Assembly: GCA_012295275.1 (NCBI GenBank)
Contig: CM022665.1
Span: forward strand, 45,136,001-45,200,000
Direction of reading: 5' to 3'
Length of the DNA: 64,000 nt
From: Chrysomallon squamiferum
Lineage: Eukaryota; Animalia; Mollusca
Of the stretch, positions 55,025 to 64,000 are shown one piece after another. Under the pieces are notes generated by a model, which was given only the letters and a program-made list of their open reading frames with translations, did no database searches and was not told the DNA's origin. Numbering within the stretch: the stretch's first letter is position 1; every line of letters begins with the position of its first letter. Made by a program: the position numbers and the translations under genes.

Positions 55025-58000
55025 GTAAGTGTTTGTTCTCTTATTGAGTTCATTAACTTATTTGAATTACTACAGAATTACCTCCCTTGTTCCTCTCACT
55101 ATTTCTTGTTAAAACCAAAAACTGTATAAACAAACTGTTAATCTTTTCCCATCTGATGTAACTGGAACTGAAAGCATATTTAATTTCTAAAAAATTCCAA
55201 TTTAGGATTCATAATGAAACACTTGTAAACATTATTTGATTTGATTTGATTTAAAAGCACAGACTGTTTGATTTTGTAGAAAAAGGAGATGCAAAGTCAA
55301 AAATCGAAGCTCTCAAGAAAACCATACAGATGATTCTGAATGGTGAGAAGATGCCCACTCTGTTGATGACCATCATCCGGTTTGTGATGCCCATGCAAGA
55401 CCACACCATAAAGAAGCTGCTGCTCATTTTCTGGGAGGTGGTACCAAAGTATACACCAGATGGAAAACTCTTACAAGAGCTTATCCTTGTATGTGATGCA
55501 TACCGAAAAGTAAGTTTTCATTATTTAAGAGAACAGTTTAACATTATAGAAATTTAGAAACACATGTATTTATAAAGACAGAGTGATACAGGGTTAACAT
55601 TTATAAACAACGTATTCATGTTCTAGTAATTTTGATAACTGTTTTGTTTTGTCTTCTGTTATATATTTTTTTGTGACAAAGCCAACAAATGTACAGATGA
55701 AATAAAAATCTGGTGTTCAGATTTTTGAAATTATGATTATTTTTGAGATTTTCTACAATTAAGCATTTTTAAATGCTCAACTAAATATTTTTTGCAATAA
55801 GAAATAACAGGTAAATTTTAATAGTAAAAATATATAAATGGAATTCACATGATAGTCATCTTATTATATTTTTCATAGGATCTTCAACATCCAAATGAGT
55901 TCATTCGTGGGTCAACATTGAGATTTCTTTGCAAGTTGAAAGAACCAGAACTTGTAGAACCTCTTATGCCAGCCATCCGCCAATGTCTTGAACACAGACA
56001 TTCCTATGTGAGAAGAAATGCTGTTCTTGCTATATACACTATATACAGGTAGGTGAACATGTTTACCTTTGCCCATCTTTTTTTTACAGTAACCTTCCCA
56101 GAACCTTGACACCCACCACACATTAAATTATTTTATAATATAAATTCTGCAGTGAAAAGGTGAACTGGTTGTAGGATTTTAAGCAGCTGATGATAATGGT
56201 TGTATCTTTCAATTTATAAAATTCTTCCCAAGATATTTCCAGCTGAAAAGCAGTGTCTTTTTGTTTTTTGTTTTATTTAAAATTTGTCATTTTACAAATG
56301 TGCAGAATCATTTGTTGCAAAAATAACATAATACCAGAGATAAATATCTGTATAATTTATTGTAAACAATCTTGAGTACAGCCATTTTATTTTAGTTGAT
56401 GGGATTTGGTTTAACAGAGAAAGTAAATAACACGTAAACATATATAAGCAAAAATATTTATCAAACAGTATCAGATACACAAAAATGAATCAGCAAAAAA
56501 AAAAGAAAGTACATTAATAAAATGAAATCAAATAAATAAACTTCTAATAAATGACACTTCTCAGGTAATTAATACAACTTAATCTATATTAGATATTGTT
56601 TATTTTATTATTCTAACCCAGACAAATATAACACACGTAAATGTTCACATTTTGATTTTACTATTATTTATTCATCATTACTTCAAACATCAGTTAGAAC
56701 AATGATTATCAACTAATTAAATTGTTCCACACAGTAAAGTCATTAAACATAGTTAAATTACTGATCAAGTAATTTATGAACAGATGAGAAATACATTATT
56801 TACAAAATAAAATCAGTGAACAAAGAAAAAAATCTTATTCAAAGGAAAAAACACATTAAGAAGTCCATTAGAAAATAAATAAAGCATCTTGTAAATATGT
56901 GTCCAGAGTCCGTGCTTAGTCAAAGTGATTAAAAAACCTTCTCCTTTATGACTTACATGCGTAGAAAGAATCTTAGAAACAAACAATTATGGATGCAGAT
57001 CCTATTATTGATTAAAGTATGTGCAAATCCACATTGAATTTATAATGTGTACACCAGATACAAGTCCACATATGACAATTTCAAGAATAAGATATTCACC
57101 ATTGGTAAATTCAGATTTATTATGAAAAAAAATGTTCATTAAGTTTTATCTGCATGCACATCTTTAGGTGACGGTTAATATATGCATATATGCAGATTAT
57201 TGTTTGGTATCTTGTATAAATCTGAATAGTGCAAATTCACTTAGAACAATGTTTTTTATGTGATTATATGATTATTTGTTTTTATACATGCTTTGTTCCA
57301 AACAGTTAAAAAAACAGATAGTTAAATAGTTTTGCACAGACAGTTTATATTTTATTTTAATAAATTAAAGCATAAATTCACAGCTTATCTTTTTTACCTT
57401 TTAGTGAACACTTTTCACACCCATTTTTTTTTTTAATACCATAAATCTTGCTTTTACCTTCACCTCTGGGAGAAACACTTTCAAAATACACTTCAGAAGA
57501 ATTTTCTTTCATTAATGATGCAATATTGATATCTTCTGTATAAAGAACCTCTACAGATGCATTTAGTGTCACTTTTACTTCATTGTTGCACTTTGTTATA
57601 AATGGGTTGTCTGATGGATTCAGTAACAAAAGCTTGTTCTTGCAGAACTTGTCTGTCTCTGATCCTTCTACTGTGACAACCACAGTAACATAATGACATT
57701 CATAATGACAGTAAAAATCTGCAAAATACATTTTGGTATTTTCTTGAAGGATGATTTCAACAGGAATGAATAGGCGTTTGTCACCAAAATAAGAAAAAAA
57801 TGGTGGTTTTAGTGTATTTGGAAAAAGAAATGCACTGAAAAACAAACCATCAATGGTTCCATTAATACAGGAAGCTGGGTCTCCATTGTAATCTTTACGG
57901 TATTTCTTCATTACTCCATCATTTTTCCAAAATGTTGTCAAAATATGATTTAGGTTTGTTCCTGTAAAGTTGTGTCAGCTTGTACATATTTTCATTTCTT

Positions 58001-61000
58001 TGCACAAAAGTGGTGGCTTTTTCCTGTAATTCCTTCAGTTCTTCAATAGTCATCTCTGAAAAAACAAAAAGGAAATTAATAGTTGCAGTAATTTGATTTT
58101 TACATTGTTCACTGATATTAATAAAAATGTATACTAAATATTCACAAACTGGTAATAATAAATGACTATATAATTAAGAATCAGTATGATTTTATCTATG
58201 ATTTATCACAGTGATGGGCAAAGTGTTTTTGAAATCTCCCAGGGATATCAGATGGATTTTATAGGAAGACCATTTTTTTTCTGGCCAGAATGTCCATTGA
58301 TGAAGTTTTCAGAACAAAAAAGATTTCAAAATGTTAAATTTTATAAATAAATTTTCCAAAATAGTGTTAGAAGAGTTAATGAGATAGGTGTTAACATAAA
58401 TGATTTTAATTTTTAATTTTGTGTCCTTTTTGATGCACAGAATTTTAATTTTTAATATTTTGAACTGAGTACAAGGCAGCCATTCAAAAGTTATGGGATG
58501 CAAGGCATGTATTGTATATTCAAAGGTACCTTAATGGAATAAATTTTAGTCTCTGAGTCAGTGACTTTGAAAAAAAAGTTGCTGTGTCAACTGACTTTTA
58601 AAAAAAAAAAAAAAAAAAAAAATGATATTATATATTGTTAAAGAAATAAAAGAATATAAATTATAATACAAACCTGGTGATTTCAGTTGTTCTGTTGTTG
58701 AAAAACAATGACCAAGGTGATGGCTTAAAGGATATTTCTGTAAATGTCATCATTATGTCATAAACCATGATATTTATGTCAAGAAAGGTTCTTTCCAAAA
58801 TATACATTTTAGCTGTTGCTGTTTCATTTGGTAGAAATTTCTTTCCAATTTTAATGGATGATGTGTCAAAAGCTCCATATATGAATACTTCATGCTGTGA
58901 ATCATTTTCAGGAAATTGTATTACAATAAGTACATCCTGAAGGACATGGCTGTCGTCAGCAGCTTCTTCCAGCTTGAACTCTCGATCTCCTAGGCAGTTC
59001 TCTAATTTCAAAATCTTTGGATTCTGAAAAGAAATTTTTTTTTTTTTTTTTCTTTGTTTTGAACAACTTAAAAAAAAAAAAAAAAAAAAAGTTTTAAAAT
59101 TCTCTAGATTTCACTTCATATTATTTTCAAATTTAATTTAAGAATATTTTGACATTGTGAATATGAAATTATCAGAAATGACTAAAAGAATGTGATCGCA
59201 ATCATGAGAGCATTAACTAGTCAAGTATGGGACTCAACAAAAAATTAAAATAATATTATATTATTATTTGTTTGCATTTTAATCTCTGAATTAATAATTA
59301 GTTAATATAATTTATATTTTTGAGTGACGTTTTAATATATATTTTTCTTGTATTATTTGAGAGTTCTTAATAATTAATAATATTTCTTACGTCATCAATG
59401 TTCATTAAGATTGAGGTAATACTCATATGTTGCACATCATGTCCATCAGGCAGAATAACTGTCATTGTTGATGCACCTTAAATACATAATAATAATAATG
59501 TAATAAATAATAATAATAATAAAAATAAAATAGCTGATGATGTTAATATCAGTCATTTACTGTCTTTTAATTAACTATAAAATTCACATCTAAAACGTAC
59601 CTTCACTCAGTGATTCTACTGAACTCGAGCATATATTGAACATTTGACAATGTTCTGTCTTCTTCAATCCATACACATAAATATGTCCCTATTAGGACCA
59701 TCAGTTGGGGAAACAACATGAGAGATCTCCAACTCCTTTCTAGAAGAGTCGGGAGAAATAAACAAGAAAGTAGGATTTTCTGATTCTTTACAGAAAACCA
59801 TACAAAGATGATCAATTTGTACATCTGACCATTTGACACGTATGGTTACTTGAGTTTCCTTTAAGCACAGTTTCAGTTCTCCATCCTGAAAGAAAAGTAC
59901 TAAACTAAAATTACAATGGTAATGAGAACATTTTAAGTATGATTTCTATTTTAAATTTTTAAAATTTTTTTAATATCTCTAAATGCTTACCTGTTCCATG
60001 TTCATAGCCATTTCAGACATAATATGTTGTCACAAAACAACAATTTAGTAGCCACAATTGTCTTTATTTTCGAGTACTTTTACATAATCTACTTATTTAA
60101 CCCTTTCTTTGTGATAATCAAATATATCCACTCACACACAGCTTTATTGCCATTAGTTGCAGAAAGTAAATTTACTCCACAGCATTAAAAAAATGCTGCT
60201 TACCCTGCAAAAAGTTGACACACCCCCCCAGAGAGTCATATCAAACATCAAATCAGCCCAGAAGTGTAATTTTTTATGGTTGATTACCATTATTATGGAA
60301 TAACTGAAATTTAATTATAGGTTAACAATTTCATTAAAAAAAATGTAATACTTACCATACTCAAAGTTTATTAATATGTGAGTTAAACATTGGGGAAGTA
60401 TTAATATCAGTGGATGATGTTATCAATTCCAGTTAAAGCATATGACAGTTACTATTTTTAATTTTCCTAGAAACAGTAATGTTTATTTATATTATGATAT
60501 CTAGGTTACTTCCGGTTTCATTCAAAATTAGTCAAATGCATCGTGGCCATAGTAAAAAAAAGTATCATGTCTCTCCTTTCTATGACTTAACAAAAACTGC
60601 TCAGTAATGTTTCTTTGTATTGATTTACCTTCATTATTATCAGTTTCATACAGATAAAATGAAATGCACTGTCATCATATTATAAAATGTATTATACAAA
60701 GCAGTATATCTCTGAATTTTTTTTTCTATGCCTTACTAAGTTTACGCATATTTTTTAAAAAATTTTTTTTTTTTTTTTTTTTTTTTTGCATTTTATTAAA
60801 TACTTTTTCATCAGTAATTAAATTACAAAACCACTGTTTGTTAGAAAATTAGAAAATACTTGGTTTTCTTATCATCATCATCATAAATATGAATTATATT
60901 TCTTTGATCCAAAAATGACCCTTTACTGCACTTGTTCTTAATGAAACCTTTTTTCTTTATTTGTTATTTTTTTACTTTTTTATTTCAGGGTGGGGGAAAT

Positions 61001-61513
61001 GCCAGTTTCTGTACTTGAAATAATTTTTATTTATTAGTCTTACAGCAAGTTAAACACAAGAACTGTACACACATTTCTGTGCATGTGTGTGTGTGTAAAA
61101 TAATTCAAAAATAAGGAATTAGATGTAACTGGGAACATACATTTATATATGTACATTTTTTTTTTTTTTTTTTTTTTTAGGAATTTTGATTTCCTTATCC
61201 CAGATGCTCCAGAGCTGATAGCTAATTTTCTTGATGGGGAACAAGACATGTCTTGTAAAAGAAATGCATTCATGATGCTCATCCATGCTGATCAGGTCAG
61301 TAGAAAAATAGTGAGAAATTGGCCACAGTAAAATATACTTGTTTACCTGGTAATGTTAGTGTTCATTTATAGATCTTGAAAGGTTAAAATCCCAACACAC
61401 AAAATCATTTAACTAGTCAAGAATGTTTGTTAATAGCTTTTATTTAGTTTTTTATTGTTTTTTTTTTATCATTTCTCAAAAATTATGTCATTATTTCACA
61501 TTATCAGATGAAA

Positions 61514-61545
<32 letters not shown>

Positions 61546-63616
61546 CAAAAATAATATTTCTGATAATTGCATTTTCATTCTATTCTGTCTTTATGATAGT
61601 ACTTGACTATTTGTATTGCAGAAAGTTAATAATAAAACATTTAAAAAGACAAATTTAATAATATTTCATCAATGGTCAGACAGTACATTTCTACCTCCCA
61701 GATGTGTACATATATTTTATACATACATACTCTTTGTACACATAAAAAAATGTATTCTTACTTGAATATAGATGCACACATGCGTGCATGAGCACACACA
61801 CATATGCACATACAAATTTGCACATGTACACCTACTGGAATACTCAGAGAATGCTAAATATTTAGTTTAATTTGTTTACCTTTTCAGGAACGGGCTTTAA
61901 ATTATCTCAGCAGTTGCATTGACCAAGTGACGTCATTTGGTGACATTTTGCAACTTGTTATAGTAGAACTTATTTACAAGGTTAGTTCATTTGTTCAGAT
62001 ATATTTTATGGTTTTGATTTACACAGGAGTGGACCAAATGTCCTGGTTACAACACATGACACAATCAGGCCTCTTTAGGGTGCCTCTTGTTCCTCACAGC
62101 TAATTATATAAAGGCCACTGTGCATATTCCTGTCTCTGGGAAAGTATATATAAAAAATTCCTTGCTGCTAGTTGATTGAAATAGCCAACATAGTGACGAC
62201 AGCAGATTCGCTTTCTCAAATAATCATTATTCAAAGAAAAAAAAAAAAGAAAAAAGGGCTTTTTAAAAAAACAGTATTTCATTCATTCATGATTATTTAA
62301 GTAGATAATGGTAATAAAAATGAGTAATCCAACTGTTTTCAGGTTTGTCACGCTAATCCAGCTGAGCGTGCCCGCTTCATCCGCTGTATTTACAATCTGC
62401 TGAATTCATCGAGTCCAGCTGTGCGCTACGAGGCTGCAGGGACTCTTGTAACTCTGTCCAATGCACCCACTGCCATCAAGGTAAGTAAGATGAGTCTGCA
62501 CTTCTGTAAAAAAACCTGATCCATCCTAGCGAATGGTTGATTAGAATACGAAAAGTGACAGTGACGGAATCATCAAAAAAGTATCTAAGAAGTAGAAAGG
62601 GTTTGGTAGAAAATGGAAAGAAAAAAATGTGTTTGGCATTGGCAAAACAGTAGAAGTGTTTATATATATAGTATGGTTAAATAAGTAGATGAGACATGGT
62701 TTTGTGTGGTTAATAAAATAAGTAGAAAAGTCTATAGCATTGGTAAAACAAATAGAAAAGTGCATAGAATTGATAAAACAAATAGAAAAGTATAGCATTG
62801 GTAAAACAAATAGAAAAGTATATAGAATTGGATAAACAAATAGTAAAGTACAGCATTGATAAAACAAATAGAAAAGTATATAGAATTGGATAAACAAATA
62901 GTAAAGTACAGCATTGGTAAAACAAATAGAAAAGTATATAGAATTGGATAAACAAATAGTAAAGTACAGCATTGGTAAAACAAATAGAAAAGTATATAGA
63001 ATTGGATAAACAAATAGTAAAGTACAGCATTGGTAAAACAAATAGAAAAGTATATAGAATTGGATAAACAAATAGTAAAGTACAGCATTGGTAAAACAAA
63101 TAGAAAAGTATAACATTGGTAAAACAAAAAGGAAAGTACATGAAATACATAAAACAAACAGAGAAGTGCATATCACTGGTAAAACAAAAAGAAAAGTATA
63201 GAAAATACATAAAACAAGTCAAAAAGGATATGGCATTGGTAAAACAGATAGAAATGTGGTTATGTTTCTTTTTGTCAATAATGTAGTATATTTCATGTGT
63301 AAAATAAAAAAAAAATTTTTTTTTTTTTTTTTTTATAAATCACAGTGTTTTAATAATTTTGGGGTTTTGGGAAAATAATCTGTGGTTGATAAGACAAGCA
63401 GAAAAATGTACAGTTTTGGTGTTTTTACACTGCGATGTTTATCTCTGTGTTGATTTGAAATACAGATGTTTGTGATTTTATCCATTATTTTAACAGGCAG
63501 CAGCAACCTGTTACATTGAGCTGATTGTAAAGGAGAGTGACAACAATGTCAAGCTGATTGTGCTTGATAGGCTTATTTCTCTGAAAGAGGTGCCAGCCCA
63601 TGAAAAAGTTCTACAG
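54934..63616 (+). CDS. COPB1: Coatomer subunit beta (beta-COP), 5' part; gene continues beyond the right edge
   Basis: Exons 54934-55024, 55280-55509, 55879-56048, 61181-61295, 61888-61980, 62343-62480, 63497-63616 (957 nt, phase-compatible). Translation [20 protein letters not shown]...[30 protein letters not shown]...[33 protein letters not shown]...[18 protein letters not shown]...LIPDAPELI...[10 protein letters not shown]...[13 protein letters not shown]...[14 protein letters not shown], which I recognise as beta-COP. Confidence 0.97.
55280..55509 (+). CDS. COPB1: COPB1 coding exon 2
   Basis: [35 protein letters not shown]...LVCDAYRK |GTAAG. Confidence 0.95.
55879..56048 (+). CDS. COPB1: COPB1 coding exon 3
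   Basis: [57 protein letters not shown] |GTAGG. Confidence 0.95.
57378..58055 (-). CDS. PHYHIP-like C-terminal domain exon (frameshift in A5 run at ~57922-57926)
   Basis: TTTTTCAG|AG ATG ACT ATT GAA...[16 protein letters not shown] in one frame, continuing [11 protein letters not shown]...KDKL* in the frame of track ORF 57378..57941. Confidence 0.8.
57378..60020 (-). pseudogene. PHYHIP-like (phytanoyl-CoA hydroxylase-interacting protein family) gene nested antisense in a COPB1 intron; frame-disrupted
   Basis: Putative exons: 59991-60020 ([10 protein letters not shown]|GTAAG), 59601-59885, 58674-59023, 57378-58055. The last exon has PHYHIP C-terminal motifs ELQEKA...[10 protein letters not shown]...[26 protein letters not shown]...SYFGDKR...[24 protein letters not shown]...L...NPF...VEVLYTE. 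Disruptions: in-frame TGA in exon 2, phase mismatch between exons 3 and 4, and a frameshift at ~57922-57926. Confidence 0.75.
61181..61295 (+). CDS. COPB1: COPB1 coding exon 4
   Basis: [38 protein letters not shown] |GTCAG. Confidence 0.95.
61888..61980 (+). CDS. COPB1: COPB1 coding exon 5
   Basis: [31 protein letters not shown] |GTTAG. Confidence 0.95.
62070..62190 (+). mobile_element. Degraded interspersed repeat (SINE-like) fragment, second copy
   Basis: Similar to 3820-3945 (see above). Confidence 0.5.
62343..62480 (+). CDS. COPB1: COPB1 coding exon 6
   Basis: [46 protein letters not shown] |GTAAG. Confidence 0.95.
62710..63260. repeat. 58 bp minisatellite (dimer of ~29 bp subunits) in a COPB1 intron
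   Basis: TATAGAATTGGATAAACAAATAGTAAAGTACAGCATTGGTAAAACAAATAGAAAAGTA repeated almost perfectly from 62821, decaying at the edges. Confidence 0.9.
63497..63616 (+). CDS. COPB1: COPB1 coding exon 7
   Basis: [40 protein letters not shown] |GTATG. Confidence 0.95.
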
Positions 63617-63924
63617 GTATGTTCTTTGTAATCCTTCATTCACTTCACTGTGTTTGACAACATTCTTTTTCTAACACGGGGCCAGCTTTGATGGCTTTTC
63701 TAATCATATTTATTTGATAATTAAACTGAACTTTTCTGTTAAGTTGTTCCCAAAATGGAAGTACTGTTATTGTTGCTGGTTAATATATATAGAAGCATAT
63801 CTTTCCTTTTTTTTTTATAATATAAGGAAGTTATTATTATTGTGCTTATAAAAAAATATATTTCCATTGTACTTGTTTAAAAATCTTGAAAATCTTAGTT
63901 TTGTCCAAACTGAAGATTATTATT

Positions 63925-63956
<32 letters not shown>

Positions 63957-64000
63957 TATTTTTTTTTTTTTTTACTTTTTTTACCAATAGAAAAAATGTC

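Noticed and set aside
56180-56255. TGATGA...CTGA as a possible C/D snoRNA in a COPB1 intron
   Set aside because: The C box lacks the leading purine, the terminal stem is unconvincing, and no guide is recognisable
58727-58735. ATATCCTTT on the minus strand as an AT-AC U12 donor in the nested gene
   Set aside because: It lies inside an open coding stretch (EISFK), and I found no matching TTCCTTAAC branch point with an AC acceptor before the next exon
63497-63503. Tandem CAG acceptors at COPB1 exon 7
   Set aside because: The alternatives are +4 and +7 nt (out of frame), and the first AG gives the expected protein

Overview
Very AT-rich, microsatellite-laden, intron-rich animal genomic DNA. It is probably a mollusc or other lophotrochozoan, an inference from protein style and SINE-like remnants. 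Most ORFs in the supplied track are spurious products of microsatellites. Reading exons by hand gives four loci. (1) The 5' part of a tomosyn/STXBP5 gene on the minus strand: 10 coding exons, 36522->371, continuing off the left edge. Its second intron is a ~24.7 kb minor-spliceosome (U12-type GT-AG) intron. (2) A complete 11-coding-exon GMC oxidoreductase (glucose dehydrogenase-like) on the minus strand, 51710->41490, ~598 aa, with a single +1 frameshift in exon 3. (3) The 5' part of coatomer beta (COPB1) on the plus strand: 7 coding exons, 54934->63616, continuing off the right edge, head-to-head with the GMC gene. (4) A 4-exon PHYHIP-like gene nested antisense in a COPB1 intron, 60020->57378, with several frame disruptions. 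The introns carry many minisatellites, a partial exon duplication that could form an in-frame cassette, and an array of copied splice donors. No rRNA, tRNA or CRISPR was recognised.
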